Shown here: piece by piece, positions 9,604-24,395 of the stretch | Position numbering within the stretch: position 1 is the first letter of the stretch | Layout: every line of letters starts with the position of its first letter | Source of the DNA: Minisyncoccota bacterium | GTDB taxonomy: Bacteria; Patescibacteriota; Minisyncoccia; Phycocordibacterales; Phycocordibacteraceae | Assembly: GCA_038106525.1 (NCBI GenBank) | Contig: JAYOEC010000001.1 | Coordinates: 24,876 to 88,875 of the forward strand | Length of the DNA: 64,000 nucleotides | Reading direction: 5' to 3' | Translations under genes and position numbers: made by a program | Notes under the pieces: generated by a model | What the model was told of the DNA's origin: nothing | Databases searched by the model: none | The model's input: the letters and a program-made list of their open reading frames with translations, nothing else

Positions 9604-9758
9604 CCAGATCCAAAGAGCTTTTCTTTCTTCTGCCCCGATCCACCCCCGTTTCGTGTATCGGGGTACCGAGCGCCAGTTTAGAGTTGTGCGCCAATACTCT
9701 GTGTCGTTAGACAATCGACCGGTAAGTCATCCCAAATTGTGGGACGACCTTTCCGTTT

Positions 9759-11214
<1,456 letters not shown>

Positions 11215-11451
11215 GATCTCGTGCCGCCAATTGGAAGGCGCGAGATCGGTAGTCGGAGCAGAAGAAAAACAAGCTCTTTGGTTACTACTTATTCTGGTTT
11301 GTATGCTTTGGTCCAAATTGTCAACGAACACCGGAAACAAAAAAGCCGAAGCTTTGCTCCGGCACCCCTTGAAAGATTTCTTCTAATGAAATTAGATGAA
11401 TGTCTTCATAGGTGTAAGAGCACCATGCAGCCGGAACTGTATGGCTCTGCC

Positions 11452-11481
11452 ATTCTACCCCCCCGGATACCCCTTTGTCAA
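11452..11481 (-). promoter_or_regulatory. sigma70 promoter of 16S rRNA gene
   Basis: TTGACA-18 nt-TAGAAT, followed downstream by boxA-like TGTTCGTTGACAA (about 11318-11330). Confidence 0.7.
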
Positions 11482-11572
11482 CACCAAGCTGCTGAAAGCT
11501 TGTATGTAAAGAGTGGCTTTATACAGAGCTTTTTCCACACTTTCGTCCACACCCGTGTGATAGCATGAAGGT

Positions 11573-12256
11573 ATGCTGCAGTCCTCATGGGCCGTGATAT
11601 CGCTCGGCGGATCTGTTATTGTCCCGGACACCATTGATACTGAGTTTCTAAAGGCATTTGCTGCCCTTATCCGGGCGCACCTCGCTGCTGGAATGCGATT
11701 TATCATCATCGCTGGCGGAGGCAGTACGGCACGGAACTATCAAAACGCCGCCCGGGAGTTGGGGGAAACCTTCCCAGACGACCTCGATTGGCTTGGAATA
11801 CATGCAACTCGACTAAACGGCCACCTCCTCCGTTCTGTCTTCCGTGCCGAAGCACACCCAAAACTTATAGCAGACCCATCGCTGCCGATACCCGACGCAA
11901 AGATCATCATTTCAGCTGGATGGAAACCGGGAGCATCAACAGACCATGTTGCAGTCCAGCTAGCAAAGAATGCTGGAGCAAAAAAACTGATAAATCTTTC
12001 GAACATTGAGTATGTCTACAGCGCAGATCCGCACACCGATCCGACGGCACAAAAAATTGAACGCGCCACCTGGGCAGAGTTTATTGCGCTACTCCCCGAC
12101 CACTGGGATCCGGGGCTGCATGCGCCGTTTGATCCTGTTGCGGCGCGAGATGCTGCGGCACTTGGTATGGAAGTTGCAGTCATTAAGGGCGGGTACAGTA
12201 CGGAAATCGACAACTATCTCCGCAACAAAGCCTTTGTTGGGACTCTTATTGCATGA
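11573..12256 (+). CDS. pyrH: UMP kinase (archaeal-type)
   Basis: ISLGGS, AGGGSTARNYQ, DWLGIHATRLN, GWKPGASTD, PFDPVA. Confidence 0.9.
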   Translation: MLQSSWAVISLGGSVIVPDTIDTEFLKAFAALIRAHLAAGMRFIIIAGGGSTARNYQNAARELGETFPDDLDWLGIHATRLNGHLLRSVFRAEAHPKLIADPSLPIPDAKIIISAGWKPGASTDHVAVQLAKNAGAKKLINLSNIEYVYSADPHTDPTAQKIERATWAEFIALLPDHWDPGLHAPFDPVAARDAAALGMEVAVIKGGYSTEIDNYLRNKAFVGTLIA

Positions 12257-12797
12257 ACTCGACAAGGGCGCGATCTACAGAATCGCGGAGCGCATCGAGA
12301 GACCCATTGTTCATAATAATTATGTCAGCACTTTGAATTACTGAGCGAATATTACTACTAATATCGCGCCTCCCTTCCTCCTCTCGCGCAACGCTTTCCT
12401 TAAATTGATCAAAAGTCACGGCATCCTTCAAACCTTCCTTGCGCAGTAGTGCGCGACGATATCTCACCTCAAGATCAGCATCCACCCCAATAATCTTCCC
12501 GCCCTTACTCCGCACAAAGTCTGCCTCACTCATGCGATGTATTGCCTCGAACACGCTATGCACCGTCCCGTCAGCAAGAGCGCGTTCAAAGTTAATCCCC
12601 AACACTCCACCAGTGTGTGTCGCAGACAACTCCTCGGCGAGCTCTGAGAGATGTTCACGATTGGGCAGCAGTCCACGCTCGTTCGAAATCTGCTTGAGGG
12701 TTTCAGAACTTGAGTAATGCTGGAACCCCTTTGATTTCAAAAACTCGACTACGGCGCCCTTTCCTGACGCCAGAGTGCCTGCGACCCCGATAATCAT
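12246..12797 (-). CDS. P-loop nucleotide kinase (dephospho-CoA/CMP kinase-like)
   Basis: MIIGVAGTLASGKG Walker A, R..R lid, ADIIIMNNGS. Start ATG 12797 overlaps the secF stop. Confidence 0.75.
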   Translation of the reverse strand: MIIGVAGTLASGKGAVVEFLKSKGFQHYSSSETLKQISNERGLLPNREHLSELAEELSATHTGGVLGINFERALADGTVHSVFEAIHRMSEADFVRSKGGKIIGVDADLEVRYRRALLRKEGLKDAVTFDQFKESVAREEEGRRDISSNIRSVIQSADIIIMNNGSLDALRDSVDRALVEFMQ

Positions 12798-13699
12798 TGC
12801 TTCTTCTGTACTTCTGGTATGCCCAAAAGTGCATGCCAGGTAACCAAGAGGGGTGATGCAAGAAAGATTGAAGAATAGGTACCAGCTACAATACCAATGA
12901 GCAGAGTGAGCGAAAAGAGTCGGATGGATTCCGGACCCCATACCATAAGTGCCACAAGCGCAAGCGCAGTGGTCAACGAAGTGTTGATCGAGCGACCCAA
13001 GGTCTGCATAATTGATCGTCCGACAGTGGTTTCAAATGGTTCCGCCATCCCCTTCTCTGCAAGAATCCTAAGATTCTCTCTCGTCCGGTCAAAAACTACA
13101 ATGGTATCGTGGATAGAAAATCCTAAAATTACCAAGAGTGCAGTAACAAACAAAGTATCTATCTCGGCTCCAAAAAAATGTCCGAGGAGTGCAAATGCAC
13201 CGACCGGAAGTATGACATCATGTGCAAGCGCAAGAAGTGCGACCACGCCGTACTTCCAACTCGATACTGGCTTGGATACCTTCCGAAATGCAAAGGCAAT
13301 AAATAGGGTAATCATAAGGAGGACCAGTCCGATTGCAAAAAACGCTCGTGCAGTTAACTCCTGACCTATGGTCGGCCCAATTGATACATACTGAACCTCA
13401 GTGCCACCAACGGCTGCGCGAACCGACTGATACTGATCCGGAGTCATAAATGGGGTGCGAATCAGATATCCAGACTCTCCGGTTGGACGAACTGATGCAC
13501 CAGATACTCCGGCTGCCTCGAGCGCTGCCGCAATACTTTCAGAACTTGGCCTCCCATCAGAAAAAGATACTTCGAGGAGTGATCCTCCAGTAAAATCAAT
13601 ACCGAGTCTAAGCCCAAACACCACACTGCAGACCAACGACAATACAATAAGAACGACGGAGAGACCGTACCAAATGCGCCGATGCGTGACAATGTACAT
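12794..13699 (-). CDS. secF: Protein translocase subunit SecF
   Basis: LGIDFTGG, IGPTIG, DTIVVFDRTREN, RSINTS. Confidence 0.97.
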   Translation of the reverse strand: MYIVTHRRIWYGLSVVLIVLSLVCSVVFGLRLGIDFTGGSLLEVSFSDGRPSSESIAAALEAAGVSGASVRPTGESGYLIRTPFMTPDQYQSVRAAVGGTEVQYVSIGPTIGQELTARAFFAIGLVLLMITLFIAFAFRKVSKPVSSWKYGVVALLALAHDVILPVGAFALLGHFFGAEIDTLFVTALLVILGFSIHDTIVVFDRTRENLRILAEKGMAEPFETTVGRSIMQTLGRSINTSLTTALALVALMVWGPESIRLFSLTLLIGIVAGTYSSIFLASPLLVTWHALLGIPEVQKKQ

Positions 13700-13707
13700 A
13701 GATCAGA

Positions 13708-15000
13708 TTATGACAATCCGCTCATAAATAAAGCCCGCCCCCATTTCGAGTCCCGTAAACCAATCGCGATCAGCATCGTGCGGGAAACGGTAATCGCTGA
13801 AAACATCGACAATAAAACGCCGATAATGAACACCAGCGCGAACCCCTTAATCACTGGGGTGCCTCCCATCCAAAACAAGATACAGCCCGTAATAATGGAT
13901 GATAGATTCGAATCGCGAATGGATAGCCATGCACGGCTAAACCCCTCGCTGATTGCAGCGCTCAGCTGCTTCCCAGCAGCGAGCTCCTCTTTCATTCTCT
14001 CAAAAATGAGGATATTCGCGTCGACAGCCATGCCAATCGAAAGAATAAATGCGGCGAGGCCCGCGACCGTAAGCGTGACAGGAATCAGCTGGAACACGGC
14101 GAGCGAAAGCGCAACATACAACCCGAGTGCAACAACAGCAACGAGCCCGGGAAGTCGGTACCAAAGCACCAAAAATGCCGAGACTAATATGATTCCCCAA
14201 AAACCAGCAAGCAGTGTCGCATCCAGTGCTGCAGCTCCGAGTGACGCACCAATGGATTGCGACGAGACCAATTCAATGGGGACCGGAAGCGCTCCAAAAT
14301 TCAAATTTCGTACCAAATTCCGTGCTTCGTCTGGGGTAAAGTTGCCCGTAATGGTTGCTTCGCCGTTTGGGATCATCTCCTGGATGACCGGTTCAGAAAT
14401 GGGGCGACCATCAAGAAATATCCCGAGCACTGAACCCACATGTGACTCAGTAATATTCCTAAATCGCTCAGCGCCTTCGGTGGTAAACGAGAGCACGATG
14501 AGCGGCTCGTTTGACAACCCTCCTGTTCTTGAGCTTGCAAACTGCAGCTGCGCTCGAGAAAGATACTGTCCAGTAAGACCGGTCGACTCGTAAACCGTGG
14601 TAGTGCCAACTTCGGTCCGGAGCTTGAAATCAAGTGTTGGTGTCTCGCCAATTGCAGCAACCGCATCAGAAATATTCGTGACACCCGGAAGTTCGACAAT
14701 CAGCCGTTGTTCCCCATCAGTACCAATCCCTCCTCGTTGCACTTGGATAAGCGGCTCAGATACGCCAAACACATTTATTCGGCGTTCAATCACATCCCTA
14801 AGTGCGGCCATTGCCCCACCAACCTCACCAGAAGCAATGTGGGAGGTATCTGCCCGATATACCAGATGCGTCCCACCCGCAAGATCAAGACCGAACTGAA
14901 ACGGAAATTGGGCAGCTGCTCCTGTTCCGCTATATACAAAATAGGCGAGAAGCGCGCCAAAAATCAGAAGTCCCGCTGCAGCAAGCCGCCGTAAAACCAT
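13708..15000 (-). CDS. secD: Protein translocase subunit SecD
   Basis: GLDLAGG, FGVSEP, GALPVP, GMAVDANILIFER. Confidence 0.97.
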   Translation of the reverse strand: MVLRRLAAAGLLIFGALLAYFVYSGTGAAAQFPFQFGLDLAGGTHLVYRADTSHIASGEVGGAMAALRDVIERRINVFGVSEPLIQVQRGGIGTDGEQRLIVELPGVTNISDAVAAIGETPTLDFKLRTEVGTTTVYESTGLTGQYLSRAQLQFASSRTGGLSNEPLIVLSFTTEGAERFRNITESHVGSVLGIFLDGRPISEPVIQEMIPNGEATITGNFTPDEARNLVRNLNFGALPVPIELVSSQSIGASLGAAALDATLLAGFWGIILVSAFLVLWYRLPGLVAVVALGLYVALSLAVFQLIPVTLTVAGLAAFILSIGMAVDANILIFERMKEELAAGKQLSAAISEGFSRAWLSIRDSNLSSIITGCILFWMGGTPVIKGFALVFIIGVLLSMFSAITVSRTMLIAIGLRDSKWGRALFMSGLS

Positions 15001-15019
15001 ATGGGGCAGTATGCCACAA

Positions 15020-15784
15020 CTAAAGTCGTCGCGCTAACTCAAAAAGGTTTGCAAAAATTTCGACGACTGCAATTGGTCCGATACCGCCAGGGACGGGAGT
15101 GTAGATACTTGCCTTCTCTGCACATCGTGGGTCAGCGTCACCCACCAGCGCGCCATTCGATTCAGAGGTGCCGGCGTCAAGGATAATTGCACCTGTCCGG
15201 ATTATATTCGGAGTAAGGAGTCCCGGCTCTCCCGCACCAAGTACTACAATGTCAGCGTTCTCTGTCACAGCGGCAATATCGTCTCCTTTGGCGACACTGA
15301 ACACCGTTGCGCCAAGCCTTTCAAATAAAACCGCTGCGGGCTTACCCACCAGTCGCCCTTGTCCGACAATCGCAACTCGTTTTCCTGCAGGATCGACTCG
15401 ATGCATTCGAAGCACATACTCCATTGCGCGAGAAACCGGCGGTGGCGGGAACCTCCCCTCACTGAACGCACGGAATGCAGTATCAGAGAGCACATCGACA
15501 TCTTTCTCAAGCGGTATGGCGTTCCGCGCCGCGTCGATGTCCGTCCCTCCCGGCAGTGGGAGTTGAAGAACAATTCCATCACCACGCGCTTCTGCAACAG
15601 AACTTGAGTACGAAACAGTTACTCCAAGCCGCTCGGCAACACGGCTCTTGATCTTAAGGAACGACCGGGTGACCCTATCCTCATGCATGACAACCAAAGA
15701 CAGTTCGAGCGGCCCAAACTGTGTGCGCTCCCGCATGAGCTCTTGAATCCGCTTCTCTGCAAGCGCCCTACCGTCTACCATCAT
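15020..15784 (-). CDS. folD: Methylene-THF dehydrogenase/cyclohydrolase (short, divergent)
   Basis: DGIVLQLPLP, KDVD, VGKP, TPVPGGIGP. Confidence 0.88.
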   Translation of the reverse strand: MMVDGRALAEKRIQELMRERTQFGPLELSLVVMHEDRVTRSFLKIKSRVAERLGVTVSYSSSVAEARGDGIVLQLPLPGGTDIDAARNAIPLEKDVDVLSDTAFRAFSEGRFPPPPVSRAMEYVLRMHRVDPAGKRVAIVGQGRLVGKPAAVLFERLGATVFSVAKGDDIAAVTENADIVVLGAGEPGLLTPNIIRTGAIILDAGTSESNGALVGDADPRCAEKASIYTPVPGGIGPIAVVEIFANLFELARRL

Positions 15785-16845
15785 GAACTGCGCTCAGATA
15801 GTGGAACCACCGACTCGTACCTCCCCTTCGTCGTCGTAAACGCCTCGAGCGATGGCAATCGATATCGGTACCCATACAATCGTTCGATTTTTGATCCATC
15901 CATGACGATGGGGTAAGAATAGAAACGCCACACTCCAGGCGAAGTTGGGACCTTGCCGCGAGTAAGATGCCAAAAAATGAAGTATGCAAATCGGATGAAT
16001 GAAACCGGAATCAAGAGCACTCGCTTACCAACCGCTCGAGCCATATCCTTTGCAAACACCGGCGCCCCAGGCGGGGCAAGATTAAAAATCTCCTTTCGGC
16101 TCCCCTGCCACGAATCAAACGCAAGGAGTGCAACGATATCGCAGACATCATCCTCGTGGACGAACTGCCGAACCCACCATGGAGTCGCGGGAACAAAGGA
16201 AACCATAAGAGAGATAAGCCCGTACACGCCGCCGCGCAACTGACCAGAAAGCGCTGATTGGAGTCCGAATCGTATGCGGGCAAACCTGCCTCTCGGTCCG
16301 GTAATTGCCGCGGGACGCACCACACCAACTTTCGGTCCCTGCGGATACTTTGAAACAAACTCTGAAAGAATTTCCTCAACTCTCTTTTTCTCAACCCCAT
16401 AGAGATACTGCTCCTCTCGCATCGGCTCATCCTCAGTAAATCGATGCTGAACGGTGTTTGAACGGTACGCACCATAAATCGATGCGGTAGAAAAATGAAT
16501 CAGGCGTTCAACTGATGGGTGCAGAAACGCAAACTCAAACACCGCATGCGAGCCGTCGACATTCCACTTCCAGGTCGTCTCTGCTGCACCATAGAGCATC
16601 CTGATCTGCCATGCGGTATGCACTACAATGTCAGGATTTTCGGCACGGACGCGCTCTTGCCATGAACCATCTGCAGTATTTGCACTGATCCACAGCACTT
16701 TGCTGTTCCCAGAAAGAAATTCCGGCATTGATTCCTTATCGAGCGCAATAATTCGCTCTACATCGTCTCGTTTTGAAAACTGGTCGACCAGCATCGCACC
16801 GACATACCCGGCTGCACCAGTGATATATACTCTGTGTTGTTTCAT
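15781..16845 (-). CDS. NAD-dependent epimerase/dehydratase (extended SDR)
   Basis: ITGAAGYVG, STASIYG, YGVEK (YxxxK). Confidence 0.88.
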   Translation of the reverse strand: MKQHRVYITGAAGYVGAMLVDQFSKRDDVERIIALDKESMPEFLSGNSKVLWISANTADGSWQERVRAENPDIVVHTAWQIRMLYGAAETTWKWNVDGSHAVFEFAFLHPSVERLIHFSTASIYGAYRSNTVQHRFTEDEPMREEQYLYGVEKKRVEEILSEFVSKYPQGPKVGVVRPAAITGPRGRFARIRFGLQSALSGQLRGGVYGLISLMVSFVPATPWWVRQFVHEDDVCDIVALLAFDSWQGSRKEIFNLAPPGAPVFAKDMARAVGKRVLLIPVSFIRFAYFIFWHLTRGKVPTSPGVWRFYSYPIVMDGSKIERLYGYRYRLPSLEAFTTTKGRYESVVPLSERSS

Positions 16846-18152
16846 GCAGTAAGTAAGCGCCGCGCTATCGTACGCGCAGTCTTTAGTGTAATCGACAGAT
16901 CAAGAAGAAGCGAGCGATGCCGCACATAGTACAAGTCATACTGCAGGCGGATGCGCGATTCTTCAAGCGACTGAGGGCTGATATTGCCTGGCGCATACTT
17001 TTGATTCACTTGAGCCCATCCAGAGATTCCCGGGGTAACCGCGTACCGGAGACGATACAATGGGAGCGCATCCTGGAGTCGTTCTCCAAGCCCTACAATA
17101 TCGCTGCGCGGACCGATGAGCGACAACGCACCGGTAAGTACCGAAATCACCTGCGGCAGCTCATCAATCGAAGCCTTACGAAGCAATGCACCGACTCGCG
17201 TAACACGATTTTCACTCTCCCCGATCCAGGAACTCGAGGCGGATTCATTTCTTATCATGGTCCTGAATTTGTATACGCGGATACGAGTCCACCCCTTTCC
17301 AATCCGTTCTTGCGCAATAAAAAGAGGACCGGGGCCTTCAATCCGCTGGAAAAAGTACACAATTGGCGCACAGGAGATAAGAACACAGAGAAGAAACACC
17401 GATATGACACTATCAATCACTCGCTTAATCGCATACGAAACTATCGAAGCCGGAGAAGTGCGTGTCAGTGCGCTCGGATCAATGAGCGTAAGAGCCACCC
17501 GATCAAAAAGTGACTCATACATATATGCAGCGTCAAGCACTGGCACGCGCGGAGTATACGAACATCTGCGATCTACTACCGCAAGATCTGGGGTCTGCTG
17601 TGAAATATATCGGTCGACTGAACCTGCCGTGCCTGCCCCTTCGCAGGAAACAACCCCAAGGAGCTCGAACCGCGCGCGGGGTGTAGAGCGGATCTCCTTT
17701 GCAAGCTCATCGATATCAGGACCGTCGCCAACAATAACAACGCGCAGCGATGGGCGAAGTTCCTGAATGGCACGAAACACACCGAACCGCCACACGATAA
17801 TGAGCGCGGTAGAAAAAACAAAATACAACGCAAGTATCGTTTTGGGCTGCACGCTCACCGGCGCAAAGAAAAAGAAAGCTACCGCAATGCAGAAAATAAT
17901 GATCTGCGCATCAAGAACTGATTCGGCAATTGATTTTTCAAATAGTGCTGTTCGACGATCGTACAAACCAACACTAATAAAAATGAGTATGGAACATGCG
18001 AAAAGAAACAAAAATGGGAGGTGCAGTATCGCGTCATCAATACTCGGGAGCGTGAAGTGCCGGATGAAAAGCGCAAGCCACAAGGCACCAAAGAGCGCCG
18101 CGCAATCGCCCACAAAAAGGAGGAGTTGGTCTCGCCAGTAGGCAACGCGCAT
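16842..18152 (-). CDS. Polyprenyl-phosphate sugar phosphotransferase (WbaP/WcaJ-like priming transferase)
   Basis: N-terminal TM helices, KFRTM, DELPQ, SLIGPR, PGISGWAQV, DLYY. Confidence 0.92.
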   Translation of the reverse strand: MRVAYWRDQLLLFVGDCAALFGALWLALFIRHFTLPSIDDAILHLPFLFLFACSILIFISVGLYDRRTALFEKSIAESVLDAQIIIFCIAVAFFFFAPVSVQPKTILALYFVFSTALIIVWRFGVFRAIQELRPSLRVVIVGDGPDIDELAKEIRSTPRARFELLGVVSCEGAGTAGSVDRYISQQTPDLAVVDRRCSYTPRVPVLDAAYMYESLFDRVALTLIDPSALTRTSPASIVSYAIKRVIDSVISVFLLCVLISCAPIVYFFQRIEGPGPLFIAQERIGKGWTRIRVYKFRTMIRNESASSSWIGESENRVTRVGALLRKASIDELPQVISVLTGALSLIGPRSDIVGLGERLQDALPLYRLRYAVTPGISGWAQVNQKYAPGNISPQSLEESRIRLQYDLYYVRHRSLLLDLSITLKTARTIARRLLTA

Positions 18153-18229
18153 CGGTATACCATACCTTACCATGCAGCAAGAAAATGAGGTACGGGTACC
18201 GAGATCGTGTCGGTGCTAGTATGTCATCT

Positions 18230-19297
18230 ATGCGGACAAAGGTCCTTTTTATTGTTACCAAGTCAAACTGGGGAGGTGCTCAGCGTTATGTATTTGACCT
18301 TGCCACCAACCTACCGCAACACTACGACCCAGCAGTAGCATGCGGCGGTACAGGCCTCTTAACCGAGAAGCTCCGCGCGCACGGAGTGCGGGTGCACAGC
18401 ATCGAAGCGATGCAACGAGACATGAGCATGCTGCGTGAGATTTCAGCATTCGTATCGCTGCTCTCAGTGATACGCCGCGAGCGACCACATATTGTACACC
18501 TCAACTCTTCAAAAGCTGGCGTGCTGGGGGCCGTTGCTGCCCGGCTTCTTGGAGTCCCTAAAATTGTATTTAGCGCGCACGGCTGGGCATACCATGAAAA
18601 GCGGCTTTTATTTATTCAATGGCTCTGGTGGCTTGGTCACGCAGCAACGCTGGCACTCGCAACAGATTCTATTGCGGTTTCTGAACACATATTTCGCACT
18701 GCCCCATTTCGACGACGGATGCGCATTATACTGCACGGTATCGAGCTTTATCCGCCCAAGCAGCAGCACGCGCCTAACGATCCGATCGAAATTCTCACTA
18801 TTGCAGAATTGCATCGCAACAAGGGCATCGATGTGCTCCTGCGCGCGCTTGCCCTCCTCAAGCCAGGGTCGTATCGCGCCACAGTTATTGGTGAAGGGCA
18901 GGAACGGGAGAATCTCGAATCGCTTGCATCATTATTGCAGGTTGCCGTTCATCTACCAGGTTTTATTGAAAATGCCTCAGACAAGATCGATGCCTGTGAC
19001 CTTTTTGTGCTCCCATCGCGGACCGAGGCGCTCGGGTATGTGCTTCTTGAAGCTGGGAGGGCGGCTTGCGCCGCCATTGGCACAAGAGTCGGCGGCATAC
19101 CGGAAGTTATTGAGGATGGGGTAAGCGGCCGTACGGTGGAACCCGAAAATCCTGAGGCACTCGCAGCAGCACTACGATCACTCGTTGAAGATAGCGCGCT
19201 CAGAAATCAGTATGCGGCAGCACTTCGGGCCCGGGTTGAAAGTGTATTTAGACTTGACCGTATGGTGGCAGAGACTGCTGCGGTATATGTAGCTTAG
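18230..19297 (+). CDS. Glycosyltransferase family 4
   Basis: GGAQRYV, HLNSSKAG, EALGYVLLEA. Confidence 0.9.
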   Translation: MRTKVLFIVTKSNWGGAQRYVFDLATNLPQHYDPAVACGGTGLLTEKLRAHGVRVHSIEAMQRDMSMLREISAFVSLLSVIRRERPHIVHLNSSKAGVLGAVAARLLGVPKIVFSAHGWAYHEKRLLFIQWLWWLGHAATLALATDSIAVSEHIFRTAPFRRRMRIILHGIELYPPKQQHAPNDPIEILTIAELHRNKGIDVLLRALALLKPGSYRATVIGEGQERENLESLASLLQVAVHLPGFIENASDKIDACDLFVLPSRTEALGYVLLEAGRAACAAIGTRVGGIPEVIEDGVSGRTVEPENPEALAAALRSLVEDSALRNQYAAALRARVESVFRLDRMVAETAAVYVA

Positions 19298-20409
19298 GGC
19301 AACCCAACAAGCTCGCGGTCTGCGCCGCTGCGGACTGACTTTCCGTACCGTTGCATTGCATTCACCATTCCAAGCATTGAATACCCAATAAGCAGGTGCG
19401 AACCCCCGTAGCTCATGAATGGCAAGGTGGTCCCCGTCACTGGCAATAGTCCGACATTCGAACCGATATGAATGCCTGCATGTGCAAGCACCAGCGATGC
19501 AACACCAAGCGCAAATAATGATTCAAAATTTGTCTCTCCACGCCGTGCGCACGCAACCAATCGCCATATGAGTATTCCAAACGCTGCAAGAAGGATACAC
19601 ACACCGACAAACCCCCACTCCTCTGCAAACGATGCAAAGATAAAATCCGTCTCATGCTCAGGCAGAAACTGTAACCGCGATTGCGTTCCGTACCCAATTC
19701 CCTTCCCCAGCAGCCCTCCTGAACCGATCGCGACGGTCGACTGAAATGCATTGTAACCGGCGCCTTGTATGTCTGCGAGCGGGTGGAGAAAGGTTATGAT
19801 GCGATCTTTCTGGTATTCGGCAAAGCCAAAGTTCCATAAGAGCACCCCTGCAATTACCGCTGCGCCGACCAACACTGCAAGGTGCCTAAATGGGATCCCC
19901 GCAATCAGCACCATTGCCCCCCAGAGCGCGGCAACAATCGCAGCAGAGCCAAAATCCGGCTGAAAAAACAGCAAGCACATGAGAAGCCCCGCGTATGCAC
20001 CAGACACTACAATGTGTCTGAATCGTGCAATTTCGATATGTCTCCGCGAAAAGTACTTTGCAAGCACAAGAATCAGTGCAAGTTTTGCAGGATCAGCTGG
20101 TTGTACCGCAAACGCTCCAAGATTAAACCACCCCTGCGCGCCACCAAAAACCGACCCGGCCACGAACAGCAGCGCGAGCAATAGAACTGCGACGCCATAC
20201 AATGCAACAATAATGCTCGTTCGCCTCAGGACTCTTAAATCGAAGGATGAGAGAATAAAAAAAGAGCTGAGGCTGAGTCCTATCCACACCATTTGTCGAT
20301 CTGCAAACGCGCTTGATACAGAAAAACTCTCCATCGATACAAGTCCAGCGAGCGAGATGCACACCGCTGAACCGAGGAGCAACCAATCAGTATTACGGAC
20401 GAACTGCAT
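19294..20409 (-). CDS. rodA: SEDS peptidoglycan polymerase RodA
   Basis: QPDFG, GYN..QS..AIGSGG..GKG, LPEHETDFIF, LPFMSYGGS. Confidence 0.92.
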   Translation of the reverse strand: MQFVRNTDWLLLGSAVCISLAGLVSMESFSVSSAFADRQMVWIGLSLSSFFILSSFDLRVLRRTSIIVALYGVAVLLLALLFVAGSVFGGAQGWFNLGAFAVQPADPAKLALILVLAKYFSRRHIEIARFRHIVVSGAYAGLLMCLLFFQPDFGSAAIVAALWGAMVLIAGIPFRHLAVLVGAAVIAGVLLWNFGFAEYQKDRIITFLHPLADIQGAGYNAFQSTVAIGSGGLLGKGIGYGTQSRLQFLPEHETDFIFASFAEEWGFVGVCILLAAFGILIWRLVACARRGETNFESLFALGVASLVLAHAGIHIGSNVGLLPVTGTTLPFMSYGGSHLLIGYSMLGMVNAMQRYGKSVRSGADRELVGLP

Positions 20410-21145
20410 GCGGAAGCACGATGTGTATGTCCGCCCTGCCTACCGTCGAGGCAAATGGAACGGCCCACGAAAATACTGCCTCGCGTTCGCCTCGTGGCGG
20501 AATACTATCGAGGAAAGTTTGCGATGCCGCAATCAGCGAATCTGACTGATCGTACACAAGCGCGATAAGAAGCGCGCCAGACACCGGCGCCGCGCTGCTG
20601 TTTGCGATGCGGGCCGTAAGTCGTGCGGCAGTGCTGTCGAGACTTTGCGAAGTAATGTTGAGCGGATGCTGCTCGCGCACTGTGCGGGTCCACACACCAC
20701 CCTCAAGTTCGGTCGATGCGCGGACGGGTATGCGGGCCCCAGTTACGATATTCGGTTCAAAAAGCGGCCGCGACTCACCCGGACCAAGATCAAAACTGCC
20801 GCGCCGTGTAGCCACCAGTATTCCTGATGCATCATAGAGCGACATGGTGTACTGAATAGCAGTACCACCAACTTCAAGAAGTGGATTCTGCACAAATGCA
20901 GCAACATGGTACACGCCTGCGGCTGCCTGAACTGGCCTGGTCCACACAGCGTCAACTCGAGGCGCCGTGCACTGGAGCGCGCACACGCCTCCACAATCAA
21001 CGCCACCTTCATCCTGATTTTGAATGGCGTCAAAACAAGACGGTGGTGTATATAAGAAGAAATACCACCCGAGCGTTGCAAGCGCCGCAAGGCTGACAAA
21101 CACGCCTGCCCCCAGCTGCAATCGTTTTCGTGCGGCCCACTGCAT
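20393..21145 (-). CDS. Membrane-anchored hypothetical protein with Cys-rich motif
   Basis: N-terminal TM helix, SCFDAIQNQDEGGVDCGGVC motif, two beta-rich domains. Start ATG 21145; the longer ORF runs into the 5S gene. Confidence 0.75.
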   Translation of the reverse strand: MQWAARKRLQLGAGVFVSLAALATLGWYFFLYTPPSCFDAIQNQDEGGVDCGGVCALQCTAPRVDAVWTRPVQAAAGVYHVAAFVQNPLLEVGGTAIQYTMSLYDASGILVATRRGSFDLGPGESRPLFEPNIVTGARIPVRASTELEGGVWTRTVREQHPLNITSQSLDSTAARLTARIANSSAAPVSGALLIALVYDQSDSLIAASQTFLDSIPPRGEREAVFSWAVPFASTVGRADIHIVLPHAVRP

Positions 21146-21161
21146 ACCTCTGTAGTGTAGC

Positions 21162-21187
21162 AAAAACCGGCACCTCATGGTGCCGGT
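21162..21187 (-). terminator. Intrinsic terminator after 5S rRNA
   Basis: ACCGGCAC-catgag-GTGCCGGT followed by a T-run. Confidence 0.75.
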
Positions 21188-21209
21188 GTGCATCGTATCG
21201 AGTGCTCTG

Positions 21210-21316
21210 TTCTGGCGACTAGCTACTCTCCCCTTGCGAGTACCATCGCTACTACCGCGCTTAACTGCCAAGTTCGGAATGGGATTGGGTGTGACCACGG
21301 CGTCGAATCACCAGAA
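21210..21316 (-). rRNA. rrf: 5S rRNA (compact, about 107 nt)
   Basis: CACACCCAATCCCATTCCGAAC, GTTAAGC, GATGGTACT...GAGAGTAG, with terminal helix TCTGGTGA/TCGCCAGA. Confidence 0.93.
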
Positions 21317-21409
21317 CAGAGCACTCGGCTCTGCGTACACTGACTCTTGCATCACAGCAACAACACCGAGCGGTACAATTGACTCGCTCATGGCGTTCAT
21401 ACTTCCCCA

Positions 21410-24395
<2,986 letters not shown>

